Program-made: the position numbers and the translations under genes
Shown here: one piece after another, positions 15,401 to 28,600 of the stretch
Position numbering within the stretch: the first letter of the stretch is position 1
How the letters are laid out: each line of letters opens with the position of its first letter
NCBI GenBank assembly: GCA_965178125.1
Contig: OZ237735.1
Coordinates: forward strand, 1,116,001 to 1,180,000
Length of the DNA stretch: 64,000 nucleotides
Direction: 5' to 3'
DNA from: Bilabrum cf. latius
Lineage: Eukaryota
Notes under the pieces: model-generated
Database searches by the model: none
What the model was told of the DNA's origin: nothing
Seen by the model: the letters and a program-made list of their open reading frames with translations, nothing else

Positions 15401-18400
15401 GTAGACCCGGCTTCGATCTAGATGCTGCCAGCTCGACCGGCCATAGAACGGCCGGTGCTCAACCGGAGAATGCCAGAGTCTCCACCGAGACTCCCCGTTG
15501 CATCCCCGGACCTCAGCGTGACATTGCCCGAGGATGAACCATCCGTAGAATTTGCGAAGCCGCCCAAGCCGCCACGGGCAGTCTACAAGTCCAGATTACC
15601 GGATCGCTTGCCAGCGGGATCGTTGGGACCAATAGTAAGCCTCTTGTGCTGAGCCTGCATGGCAGCCAGCAAATCGATCGCGATACGAATCTTGTTGACC
15701 TCATGAAAGTCCTCCAAATCGAACCCTTTATCCTCGAATTGCATTCTGTCAGTGATTGTGATATACTCTGGGAACTGCTTGTGCACTTCCTGTGCGATCA
15801 CGCCGCGTACCCGGACGTCGTCAATGCCTCGCACCTTCCGCCAGTCCTCAGTGTATTGGTAGCTGGTGACGCGGAGTCTCTGCATACGTTGAAGCAAATC
15901 CTCTTCGTCAACATTCTCAATGTTCCGCTTGATGCGTCGATCGGATGGTGAGATCACCTCAACGATGTCGGCAGGTACGTGCGAGAAGATCTTTTGCCCA
16001 CGAACGCGCATTACGACACCGCTTCTTGTGGTTGCATCGCCGTGCGCAATCTGAAATTCCTCCCCATCGCCACCAACAGTGATTCGCATGCCACCGCCGG
16101 CTTCAATGTTAAAGTCAGAACCCTTCTCGGACTGCATTTCGACATCTCCATGGCTTCCAACGGCGAACCGACGGTTGCCATCATTGTCTACCACCTCGAA
16201 GGTCCCGTCGCTCCCATGCGACGTGCCTGTTGGGTCTGCAGCGCCCTTCCCAAGCTGTACACGTACAGAGCCTCCATCGCCAGCTGCTGGGAGGCTTTGA
16301 TCCTGGTTGTTGGCCTCGCCAGTCGGTGCCTGAGCGCCACTCACGGAAATGCTTGCGCCTGTAGCCCGCCCAGCGTCGCCAGCTGAGACCTGCGTGTCTC
16401 CAGCCGTGATATGGACACTGCCAGCTCGAGCCTTGCCGACAGCTTCACCGGTTTGAATACGAACATCGCCTGAAGCAGCAGCCCGAGAAGCGCCAACACC
16501 AGCAGAGATTCCCGGAGAGGTCTTGATGACGACGGTTCCAGTTGAGCCGCGGCCAGTCGAGGATGGTCCTGAGGTCAGCTCAACATCGCCGCCATCCTGG
16601 ACACCCTCGCCACCGACAATCCGTACTGAACCGCCAGCCGATCGGGAACCATGGCCACTACCAGCTTCAATTGAAACATCGCCGCCAACACCATCCGGAG
16701 TCAACTCGCCAGAGGAAGAACCACCACGGATCGCAACACGTCCTGCATCGCCAGCGGAGAGACCAGCAGCCACGGATACATCGCCGGCACGCCCAGTTGG
16801 GGCATCACCTGACGCGATGGAAACATCACCAGAAACCTGCTTCGAGTCAGGAGTAGCACCCTGAGGCATTGCATCTACATTTCCAGACCCAATGCGCACT
16901 TCGCCAGAAGATCCGACTCGCTGGGCAGCACCAACGCCAGTCAAGACTGTTACTTGACCACTGGTGCCACTTACGCTCAGTCCTGACTCGATTGATACCT
17001 TTCCGCCAGATCCTGATCCACTTGCGGTTCCACCCCGGATCTCAACACCACTGGCATCTCCACTTGCGGATCTCCTGCTGCCACCAGCGATCTTGATGGA
17101 CCCAGCTTTGCCCTCATTGGATTCACCTCCTTCAATGGTTATGTCACCAGCTGCAGCTCCGATTCCGGTGCCCTTGGCAGAGCCTGTGCGCAGCGTGATG
17201 TCACCAGACTTGCCGCCTCCGTGCATCCCGGCTGCTGCAGCGGCATCTCCGAACGATCCATCCGCGGAGACGATATCAATGCTTCCCGATTCACCTCCGT
17301 CCGATCCTCCGGAAGCCAGCAAAACGCTACCGCCAGATGATCCAGCTGCCTTGCGAGCCGCACCAGCTTCGACGACAACGTCACCACCGCTGGATCGATC
17401 CGAGGTCGTTTCGCCGGCTGCGATACGAACTTGACCGGGAGAAGCACCGCGGTGCGCTGCGCCGGCTTTGACTACAACATCTCCAGCGATCTGCTTTTCG
17501 CCAACTGCAGCTCCAGTGCCGATTTGCACGTTCCCTGAAGATCCTCCTGACGCGCTGCTCGAGTCCCCAGGCGCACTGCCGAGCTGCACTGTGCCACTCT
17601 TCGCACCAGGCCCAGACACTCCGCTCGTTACTTCAACTGCACCACCAGGTCCCGCAGCAGCTGCACCGCCTTGAACAAGAACACTTCCGCCCATGTCAGT
17701 AGACATGCGCTGTCCGGCTGCACTGCCACCAACAACGGTCACATTTCCACCACTGCCACCGGACTACACGGGTCCACGAGCCGCAGTACCTGACCCAGCC
17801 TCAATGCGGACCGAGCCGCCGCTAGCACCTGCAGAAGCAACATTGCCTGCCTAAACACGAACCGCGGAAGACTCAGAATCGAGCTTAGACGTGGCGCTCG
17901 AACTCCCAGCCATAATCTCGACGGGCCCAGCAGCACCGCCCGCAGAGTCTCCGCTCGAAATGGTGACTGCACCACTTCGGCCCGTAGAGCTGGCACCCGT
18001 CACCACTGTCACGTTCCCGCTCACCGTTCCATTGGATGAACCGATACTCACAGACCCTGACGAGCCTGCCTTGCCTCTGTGACCGCCGGACTAGATTTGA
18101 ATGGAACCGCCCACAGCCACCCCAGCGGTGCCATCCGCCTAGCGGCGTGAAGAGCGAGCTTGCCCTGGCTGAATAATTACATCGCCAGCACCACCGTCAG
18201 CCTCTCCAGTCGTGACACGCACATCCCCACTGGATTGACCAACGCCACCAGCGGGGCTTTGTGAGTCGCCAGAACCGATGATTACATCACCTGACGCGCC
18301 TTTGGTAGCAGCGCCTGATGTCAACGAGACTCGACCTGTCTTCTCAGCCTCGGCGGACTACACGTTTACATCACCAGAGTTGTACACCCAGTTGCCAGAC

Positions 18401-21400
18401 TCCACAACAACGTTGCCGCCAGGACTGGCACGGCTGCCGTCCTCCCGCATAATGTCCTGCGAGCCGTCGAACACTGAGCGAACGCGAGCAGAATTTGGGC
18501 CCCCAGCTCCATCCACATCGAAGCCTCCTGCCCGCAGCTGAATGTTGCCTCCGGTCTTGCCGCGAGACTTGCCTGTCTCAATGATGATGGGGCCAGCAGC
18601 ACCACCCACTCCGATGGCATCGCCAGTCCTGATGTTCATTGCGCCGGACCCACGGCCGCCACTGCTGCGCCCAGACGATACGAACACCTCCCCAGAAACT
18701 GAGTCAGGGTGCGTGCTCTCCGACTCGGCAGTCTCTATCCAAATCGCGCCAGACGTGCCACCGTTCGGACCACTCTTGCCAGTCCGAATGTGGATCATTC
18801 CACCGCTGCCCCTGCCCTGAGCAGAGCCTGCTACCATTGACACGCTGCCGCCCATGTCGCGGATGGATTGCCCCATTGATTCACCTGCCTCGATGCGAAC
18901 AGCGCCGCCATCGCCGCCGTCTTGCTGGCTGTTCGAGGTGCCTGAGCCACCACGGAGTAGCAAGTCACCGCCAACTCCCTGGTCACTCGCGGATTCACCA
19001 GCTGCAACAGTCACATCGGCGCCGTCACCGCGCTGGCTAACACCAGCAGCCACAGAAACAGCGCCGGCTTCACCGCGCTCGCTGTCCCCAGTCACCAGAC
19101 CAACTGCGCCAGACTTGCCCATGGAGGCACGGCCAGTTCTGATGATGATTTCCCCAGAGGGTCCCATGGCAACGGAACCACCCCTTGGAGACAATCTATT
19201 GTCACCGTCAGAGCCCTGAGCATCCGCAGTGGTGATCTCGATACCACCGGTTGGCCCACGATGTGCTTGACCCGTTGTCAGCCTCAAACGACCTCCACGA
19301 GCCCCCACATCGGCAGTAGAGCCGGCGGAGAGGACAACGTCCGCACCCTCGCCCTGCATGGATTCTCCTGCACCGATGGACACTCCGCCGGCGGAACCAT
19401 CCAAGGCATCACCTGTTCGGATCTCGACGCCTCCTGCAGAACCACTCTCCGAGTCACCCGTACGGATAAAGACTCCGCCTGATGAGCCACGAGTTCCGCT
19501 AGTCGGTGTCACCATTGAAACAGCACCAGACGACGAGTACTCAGATGGACCCGAGCTGAGGACGACATCACCACCACTTCCACCTTTTGCCGCTCCGCCC
19601 TTGAGCACGACACGACCAGCAAATGCATGCGTATTGAGAGAGCTAGACTCGCCACCGGAGATGCGCATGTCACCTCCCTTACCGCCCCGGATCTTGTCGG
19701 CACTCGACCCAGCGCCTGCCTTGATGCTCACCACACCGCCAGTACCATCCACGGCAGTGGACTCACCAGCTTCAATTGTCACAGCTGCGCCAACTTGCGA
19801 CGCACCTGATCCGGCAAGCAGGGACACAGCACCGCCAGCTCCAGCGCCGGCTCGGGCACCTGCAACTGTCGGCTTTCCTCCTGAACCGCCCTGGAACACA
19901 AACGAACCTGCGTCGCCATCTGTTGCATCTCCAGTAGTCAAGGAAAGCGAGCCGGAAGTTCCCTTGGTGCCGGCATTGGCAGTCCGAATGGAGACTGAAC
20001 CAGAGCTTGTCTCGGCAGACTCGCCCGTGCTGAGCTCGATAGCACCGCCAGTTGCCTTGGCAGCGCGACCGCCGGAAATCTCGACGGCACCACCAACAGC
20101 ACCAGCGCGGATTGCAGACGGAGACTTTCCGGCCGCAGAACCACCGAGTATGCGAACGCGTCCGCCCTTGCCTTCGGCTTCGTTCTGTCCGGCACCTGCA
20201 TTCACGAGGACATCGCCACCGCGCCCCTTTACATTCGAAGAAGCACCGCTTCCAAGGAACACATCGCCGGCTTTCTTGCCAGTGCTGCTACCAACGGCAA
20301 GCATGATGCTGCCTGCATTGCTCCCATCGGAGTCCTGGGCTGTTGCACCGGCACTGCTGGGACCAGCGGCGTGCCCAGTCGACAAGAGAATGCCGCCGGT
20401 GCTCGTGTCCAGGCCAGATGACGCGCCGGTTTCGATGCGAACATCACCACTGTCGCCCAGTCTTCCTGCGTCTACCGTGTCGATCATGACGGAGCCCGAG
20501 TCGCCCTCACGAGCTCCACCAGCGGCAATCTGCACGTCACCACCAGCCGCCGATCGCCCTGAAGCTCTCGCGCCGCCTGCAGCAATTGTGACATTGGCGC
20601 CTCGCGTCCCGCTGCCACCTCCAGAAACTCCCGCAGAGATATCAATACCTCCCGCTGAACCGCCTTGCGAGGCACCTGTGGAGACCTCGACAGATCCTGA
20701 AGTGCCGCTTCCGACGCCAGCTCCAGTGCGGAGTTGGAGGTCGCCGCTGCCACCGCCACGAGTGCTGCCCTCAGCACTCTCGACTATCACCTGGCCACTC
20801 GGCTGCGTGCCCTCACCAGCTCCAGAGCGAACCTCGACCGTACCACCACGGGCCGCGGAAGAGGACCCGCCATTTATGACGACGTCACCGCCCACGTCAG
20901 ACAGTGGGTTCCCGCCGAAGCCACGGCCAGCACTAATGCTCACTGCCCCACCGTTCCCGCCATCAATCGGAAACGTTGACAAGCCATCGCCGGCGCCGAT
21001 GATTACGGAGCCGCCAGTGCCCTGCTCAGACGTGGTATCGCCGGCGTCGACCCAGACGTTCCCGCCATCTCCTCGCACGCTGCCATCTCCAACTTTGAGC
21101 ATGATGTCTCCGCCGGGCCCATCTGCAGACGCACCGGTAACGAACTCAGCGGCTCCTGATGCTCCAGAGCTGGAATCGCCGGTTTGGAGTCGGATACCTC
21201 CGCTGTCGCCCTGTGAACCGCCGTCGGCGGTACGAACGAGAACGGGGCCGCTGCCACCAGCAGCTGATGCGCCCGACTGCACCTCGACAGATCCACCACG
21301 GGCACCGCCAGGGTCATTTGACTCTCCTCCAGCAATGCGAACGCTACCACCGACACCAACGGCGCCACTGCCGACCTGAACGTTGATGTCCCCGGCTGCG

Positions 21401-24400
21401 CCAAGGGCTGCGTTGCCAGTGCTGATGCTCACCGAGCCGGAATCGCCGAAAGCAGACTTTCCTGTCTGCAATACGGCAAAGCCTGAAGTTCCTGCGCGAC
21501 CACTGTCTGCAGTCACTAGTTCCAGAGCTCCTGAATCCTTCTCAGTGGAAGCTCCGGTTCGAACGGTCACGCGACCACCAGTGCCAGCAAATGCTGCTCC
21601 GCCATTCAATTCGACTGCGCCGCCGAAGTCAGTCTCGTTGGAACCACGAGCTTCTCCACCACTGATTGACACTGCACCCCCACGACCGCCGTTCAATGAG
21701 GATGGATTGGAGCCTTCACCACCACGGACAACGACCTTGCCGCCCTCAGAGCTCTCGGATGAGGTTCGGCCGGCTGCCACCAACACGTTGCCACCATCGC
21801 CGAGGTCGCCATCGCCTACAGCGATAACAACGTCACCGCCAGCTCCATTGGTTGCCGGGCCGGACTGCAAGGCGACTGTGCCTGAAGGCCCACCAGTAGA
21901 CACTCCAGTTCCGATCGCAACATCGCCAGAAACACCCGAAGTGCCGCTGTTTGATGTCCTAATGACAACTGCTCCAGAGTCCCGCGTGGCACTGTCGCCG
22001 CTGCGAATCTCAACGCGACCACCAGGGCCAGCCTCGGCAGGCCCACCCTCAAGCACAACAGCGCCACCTGCATCGCCTGGCGACATTCCCATAGCTTGAC
22101 CACCGCCGATGACCACGTTGCCGCCATCTCCACCATTCACGTCATCGGTGCTGCTGCCCCGCCCACCAAACAAGCCGATTGAGCCTCCAGCGGCACCCAC
22201 GGCAGTGGATTCGCCACCTGCCACGTTGACTGAAGCTCCAGAACCGACCGCGCTGCTGCCGCCAACAACGTCAACATCGCCAGCCGTCCCGGCCGCTGCA
22301 TTCCCTGAGCCAAGGCTCACCCTGCCGGTGTCGCTCGTGTCACTCGTGCCTGTCTGGATAATGACCTGACCAGATTCGCCCAGAGGCCCAGCGTCCGCCG
22401 TGCGGATACGCACATCTCCGGACGTGGTGCGATCGCTGGAGCCGCTGACGACATCGACATGCCCACCAGTCTGGGTGCCAGAGCTGCCCCCGGACAGCTC
22501 AAGCAGGCCACCAGGTCCGCTCTCGCTGCGACCGCCACTCATGCTCAACCCAGCGGCCGTTCCGTTGGGCACATTCGAGGCCCCAGCCTCAATCAGAATG
22601 CTGCCAGCATCCGCGCTGGCACTCTGATTGCCTGCACCACCTCGAATGATGACTCTTCCGCCACCTGCAGTGGCATCAGTCGTGTTTCCGCCGGTCAGCG
22701 TAAGATCGGACCCAAAGCCAGAGCCAGAGATCCCCGCAGACACCGAAATAGCGCCCGCCGAGCCAGCTGGCGCATCGCCAGAGTGCACAAGGACGTCCCC
22801 ACTGCGCGAATCATCACCAGCATTCGCGGAAGCGCGGCCAGATCCGACTGAGATATCACCAGTGGACCCACCGCGAGCCCCTGCCACATCGGAGGTTCCT
22901 AGCCCGTCCGCTGACCCGATGGTGATAGGGCCAGATGTGCCGTTGATTGCAGATCCAGACTCCAGCTAAAGCGATCCGCCGTGTGGTGCACGTGCAGTTG
23001 CCTGTCCTCCAGCAGCGAGCGCGGCCTCTTCGGCGATGTCATCAGCACTGGCTGACGCGTTGGCACCCATTGGAGCTGCACCACCACCAGCAATCACAAC
23101 GCCAGCACCGCGAGCAGATGCCTTGCTACTGCCAGCGGCAATGTTGATGCCACCTGCCTTTGCAGCAGGAGACCCAAATGATGCGCCGCTGCCAATTCCT
23201 GCGTCGCCAGAGCGAATCTCGAGTGAGCCGGTTCCTGAGGTGCTCGAGCTACCGCTCTGTACGGTGGTGGAGCCGGTGGGGCCCGACTATGACGAAGCCG
23301 ATCCCAGAATTGCCCTACCACCACTGCTGCCAGACCCACCAGCTCCTGCGAGCACAGTCAGGTCACCGCCGGAACCATTTGAAGCGCTGCCTGATTCGAT
23401 GCGGATAGCACCACCGCTTGCGCTCGTGTTCGCGGCCCCGGCACCGCCGGAGATGGACACTGCTCCAGCTGCTCCACCGTCACGAGATGAGGCTCCTCCT
23501 TGGATGGAGACGTTGCCAGCCAGACCTTCACTGCCCTCAATGGCACTGTCACCACGCCCGGCGGATCCAGCTGAGATCTCGACAGATCCTGCGCCGGCAC
23601 CGTCGGAGCCATCACCACCCGCAATTGACACCCCACCGGCCCGTCCCCTGGAGCCAGTGGCAGCGCCTGCAGCGACGGATACGTCACCGCCAGTGGCAAA
23701 AGAGGCACGCTCAATCTCGCGCTCGTCTCCGAGCAGCGCACGCTGCCTTTCTGCTTCTTGTGCGGCGGCCGTGGCGTTCACGGCCCCCGTGCGTAGCTGC
23801 AGCCCGCCGGAGCTGCCTACGGTCTTGGTCTGCCCATCCCCACCGATCGAGCCGGCGGTTTCAAGAGTGATGGATCCAGACCCGCCCCGGCTAGTTGAGC
23901 TGCCAGAGCGGATGGTGACCTCGCCGCCAGTCGCATCGGAGGTCAACGGGGCTGCAAGCTCACCGGCTTCCACAGCCACCGAGCCTGCTGATTGAGACCC
24001 TGAGCCAGCAGAGAGGCTCACGGAGCCTGCAGATCCCTTTGGCGCAGCGCCCGTGCGAATCGTCACGTCCCCAGTGCTGGAGCTGTCAGCAGCACCTCCT
24101 TGGGCACCTCCCGTGGAGATTTCAACCTGACCAGAAGCAGAGCCTGCGGCATTGGCAGCCGTGTTGCTGCCAATGCGGACTGCCCCAGAGATGGAGCCAG
24201 CTGCAGACGTGGCACCAGTGCGGATATCCACGTCTCCGCCAGCGCGTCCGGCAGCTGAGGAGCCAGCGACAATGCTGACCGAGCCGCCATCACCGTCCGC
24301 AAGAGCACGCCCAGCACGCAGATGGAGCGCGCCACCGGCGCCTGCGCCTCCGAGGCGCTCCTCCCCGCTGCCATCGCCTGCCTGGACCGTCGCAGACCCA

Positions 24401-25261
24401 CCAGCACCGCCGCTGGGGCTTGCACCCGAGCCGGCTGCCAGTGTGGCAGAAGCGCCTGCGGTGGAGGCGCGAGAGTCGTTCCCTGCAGCGAAATCAACAT
24501 CACCTGCGGAACGCAAGGTTGTTCCTTCGCCCGTCACTTCGAGAGCGAACGTGCCGGCGGGCTGCGCCTCGCCCGTGCCGTTCGCTGGGGCCGGGGCGCC
24601 GCCGCCGCCACGGGTGCGGTTTCCGAGGAGCCGAAGCTCACCGCCACCAAAGGCCGGGTCGCCCTCAATGCGAACGTTTCCGAGCACGCGATTCTCGCGC
24701 ACAAACGTTGGTGGGCAAGGGGGGCCGAAAATGGTACCCCTGCAGTCGCCATCCATGGCTTCTGGGATCGTGACGCAGCGGGACTGGCTGCCGCACCAGG
24801 CGCACTCGTCGTGCGCAGCGCACGGCTCGCATCCATCCAGCTAGGCACAAGGAGGTGCCACTGGGCAACCAGCGTCCTCGCCGTCACTTGAAGCGTAGAG
24901 CCACTCCTCGCAAGCACCGCCACCGGCGGGGCCGTCTGGGCTGCCAGCCTCGCACTGCAGCGAGTCCAGGCAGTAGCCGCAGCCCTCTGTTGCGACACAA
25001 GGAGAGCATGATGTTGTGATTTCGGTCCTGCGATTTTAACTTGCGGTGGCAATGGGATATACTAGTGTGATCCTGCTGACGGTGACTGAACGGCCGAACC
25101 GCCGAAAGACAGATAAATGACGATTAACCTCACCAAAAATCTTGATCTCCGTCAGTATTGAATGAAGAACATGTGTTTGAGTCCCCTGAAGCTGGGAGAA
25201 CGCCAGCAGCGGCCAAAATAGCCGCGGCGATAGCCATTCTTGCCGCCAGCGGGGCACTCAT
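1..25261 (-). CDS. Giant secreted Gly/Ser-rich beta-repeat (fibre-like) protein with N-terminal PSI domains and an internal peptidase S74 (ICA) domain; >8,385 aa, 3' end beyond window; exons 25261-25134 and 25027-<1
   Basis: ATG at 25261 gives signal-peptide-like MSAPLAARMAIAAAILAAAGVLPASG. The GTGAG...CGCAG intron 25133-25028 joins in frame. All minus-strand ORF fragments ending at 6598, 7198, 7918, 9592, 10567, 11014, 11248, 13561, 14167, 14383, 15583, 17851, 18139, 18358 and 23287 share one frame and end at TAG (27 in-frame TAGs by manual count, no TAA/TGA). The frame is open to position 1. Confidence 0.9.
15640..15945 (-). other. Peptidase S74 / intramolecular chaperone auto-processing (ICA) domain, MYRF/phage-tailspike type, inside the giant protein
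   Basis: PSDRRIKRNIENVD...LQRMQRLRVTSYQY...RGVIAQEVHKQFPEYI...FHEVNKIRIAIDLLAAMQA matches the S74 signature SDxRxK...GxIAQE. Catalytic Ser at 15943-15945, Lys at 15928-15930. Confidence 0.9.
24710..25010 (-). other. Two PSI (plexin-semaphorin-integrin) Cys-rich domains at the N-terminus of the giant protein
   Basis: SCSPCVATEGCGYCLDSLQC...C and GCEPCAAHDECAWCGSQSRC...C fit the CxxC...CxW/YC PSI pattern; a TAG at 24841 lies between them. Confidence 0.8.
25028..25133 (-). other. Spliceosomal intron (106 bp)
   Basis: Donor G|GTGAGG, acceptor CGCAG|; removal links the signal-peptide exon in frame (TG+G = Trp). Confidence 0.85.
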
Positions 25262-25657
25262 GGATCGTCGTTCGATAGAAATACCCTGCAGCACTTCTTG
25301 TCTTCTTGTTCAGCTTTGGTTGCGCAACTCTGTGAAAATTGATGCACACCTGTTTCACGATGCCTTGATGTCGGCTTGAGATCCTCTGATGGACCTCGAC
25401 AGTGGCGTTTTTGGGGTTCAAGCGACAGATTTGCTCGGACGCGGTCGCAACAAGCGGTGCGTTGGATTTTTCTTGCGGTTACAACCACTTTCAAGAAGAA
25501 GATTAAAACCACCTCAAACTGCAGAAAATAAAATTGAACGCTTATAGTACGCAGCCAAGAAAAGTTTTTGTATTCAGTTTTGGTGTTTCGATGAGTCAGG
25601 TTGCTCCCAATTTGAAGTCCTAGTCTTGAGTAGCAAGTTGTTGCTATTTCGAGCCCA

Positions 25658-28600
25658 TCAATGAGGTGCTGACGCCTGCCTTCGCCGAATGGGATTCTGC
25701 ACAGTGAAAGTACCCTGTAACACTCTTTCCCCTTCATGGAGCACCTGGTGACGGCTGGGTGCTGCCACTGTGGGACTCCCACCGCGGCCGCGGGCAGTGC
25801 TCTGCACGTCGCTGGTGTGCCGCTCCTCGTATCGGTTTCTTCGCATCGGGTTCTCAGTTCGAAACCTGGTATTGCCGGAAGATGTCTGGCTGTTTTGCGG
25901 GGCGATTCTGCTAGATTGTGCCTGCGCATGCTCGCCCTCATGCAATCCAGTTGGCACCCTTGCCAAATCACCTCCAGTTTCGTCAAGATCAGGCTCCTCG
26001 CTCGGCATGCTGCTAGAAATGCTACTCTCATCGTCACTATCTCCGTTGAACGGTAAGTTGGACTCATGAACATCTCGAGTGCTAACCTACCGTTCTGGAC
26101 TTCGACCAAACACCCGCTATTCGTCCTCTGATAGCATCCTCAGGTTCTTCCCAATCCCGAGCGGATTCACCTCGCCAGTATCAAGTCTGCTTTGTAGTAG
26201 CACCGCCATCTCCACTGCGTCGGCCCTGCACATGGGGCACCTCCCCTTCGATTGCAGCCATCGGTCAACACAGGCGGCATGGTAAACGTGCTTGCACGGC
26301 AGCAGCCTGGCGATTTCGCCATCCTCGAACTCGCACATACATACTGAACATGTCAGAGAATCATCGCACGAGTCAATAGAGTCAGCAGCTGCAGTCTCAC
26401 CCTCCTTGCTGATAACCTTGTCGTTTCTGCCACTCCTTGATTTCGCAACCTTGTTCGGGTGCGACTCAGCAGAACTGGTGGGAATATCCGATGCAAACGA
26501 GTCTTGGTACTCAAATGCAGGAAACACGCGAATAAGAAACTCTGGCATTGACTGCAATTCCCTGGACTCGTCTACGTCGTCGTCCTCTTCGCCGCCATCG
26601 TCAGGGGCGTCGCGTCCTGAGCACGAGAACATGGCGGATGCCAAGCAGGCAAGGAAAGTCGTAGCTACAACAACCACAATGACGATGAATCCAGTTGAAA
26701 GTTGCCAAGTCGATGGCTATACACCGCAGTAGGTCACGTTGAAATTGGATCTGCCACCAGCATCTGAAATGAACACGATCGACACAGCCCCAGAGTCAAC
26801 ATCGAGCCGATCCGTTGTGTTGAGTGAGTACATTGGCGCTGCACCGCGCAAAGACTCGAGTAACGATTCGAAACCCACCGAAACTCGTCCATGATTTGCA
26901 AACGTTACGTTTCCTATTGGTGCCCTTATTGCTGACTCCGCGCTGGTCGTATCGGAGGCTCCACCAGCCATGCCAGCCGCCTGCTGACCACCTCGAAGGA
27001 CGGCGACCAGCTCGCCATTCGATGGGCTACCTACGTACACAAGGAACGCGTCAGAGTCGCCCAAATGCATTGCCCCTCCAAAATCTAGGGACACGCGGGA
27101 GAAAGATCCGAAACTCTGTCCAGAGAACTCATCTGTGAGCGGCTATACTGCCCACAAGCAGCCAGACGTCTGTGCGGGATAATACCTGTAGTCCACGCCT
27201 GCACTGGATGCCGGCGTTAGTTGCAGGGCCAAACCCGATATTTCTGTTTCGTGCTCGAGGGAGACGATGCCGCACTACTCCTGGTAGACCCCGGCCGAAG
27301 AGCATGATAGTGGACAGGTCTCAACGAAGAAAGGTGGATCCGCGAGACCACCCGCCCCAGGTGTATCTCGTCCAAGACGTGGACACGTATCCGCAGCAGT
27401 CTGGGGAATGCATGTTCCCCCAAAGTCTCCTAGGCACCATCCACATCCAGAAGTGCTCGTGCATGCAGCACAGCTGGTTCCAGCGGCTCTACACTGCTCA
27501 CTAAGGTCAGCGGCTGTGTCTGCTGGACACTACCAGCCAACGGACACTTGGTCGGGAGACGCTGTCCCGTCCTTGTTCGCTGCCCCTGGCCCGATCAGCT
27601 AACTTTGCAGCCATTGAATGTGGTCAGTCTGATCGGTAGCATTGCTGCTGACTCCCTGAGGTACGATCCAACTGCTGCAGGCTCCATATGCTGGCAGTCC
27701 CGTTGCGCTCGCCTCTCCACATTTTGATGTCTACAAACACCAGCCGCACTTACTATGCGATATACAGCTTGTACAAGTCAACGCTGAGCATGATGTCTCA
27801 GAATCTTTGCCTGGCTCGGGTGAGTAGTAGTACGACCCGGAGCATGGAACAGAGGAGTCGGTGAACCCAAAGGCATCGCCAGCCCTGCAGGCAGAGAGGC
27901 TTCCGTCCACACCAGCTCGACACCACCCGCACCTAGGATTCAATTTGCAGTCGGATTCGCTTGATACTACTGCACAAGAAGCTGCAGGGCAGTGTGAAGA
28001 TGCGACAATGACGTCGCCGCACTACTCAGGCCCAGGCTTGCCCTACAATGCTGACTACAAAGCTAAGCTTGACCACCCGACGCTTTCTTCACCAAAGTTT
28101 GCCTCGATGGCCTCCAAGCGGCTAGTACAAGTCGCCGTTGAATCGCACCAGGCACAATCCTACCGCGAAGAGCAGGTCGTGCAACTGCGCAACGTGTGAC
28201 ATTCAGTTGGACATTGAGGGTTCAGTCCATTCTAGTGGTGGTACATGGTTTGCGAGAGAGGGCATGCACTGTCAGGGTGCGATGGGCCACTTCGTGTCCC
28301 GCTGGAGCACTTCTGTGTCGCAGCACAGAAGCCACAGCCCCGAACATCGAGGCACTCGGTGCAACTTGAGATCGATTCGCAGTCTGGGAGTGAGATTTCG
28401 ACGCCTTCCGGCGGCAGTACCCCTTCAAGACTGCCAGTCAAGTACAACTCAACGTCTGGGCTAGGTCGCAGTATTCTGTACACTCCAAGCCCCAAGAGCC
28501 ACCCGGCGCCGTTGTTTCCTGCCTGAACCAGCCTTCGAATCATGTCCTCCGGAGTCAGGCCGGAAGGTGTGGCAGTCAGCTCAAATCTATCACGAATGTA

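Noticed and set aside
15583-17742. Prophage or endogenous virus suggested by the tail-fibre-type S74 domain
   Set aside because: The gene has a spliceosomal intron, signal peptide, PSI domains and host TAG usage; no capsid, integrase, terminase or terminal repeats nearby.
25850-25875. GTTCGAAAC tRNA T-loop-like word (looked for a suppressor tRNA-CUA)
   Set aside because: No pairing T-stem or cloverleaf, and it lies within the RING gene CDS. No tRNA was found in the window.
25258-26109. 283-aa minus-strand ORF that would bridge the RING gene and the fibre gene
   Set aside because: It is in a different frame from the RING tail, has no protein-like composition, and the RING frame ends at TGA 25658 while the fibre gene has its own signal peptide.
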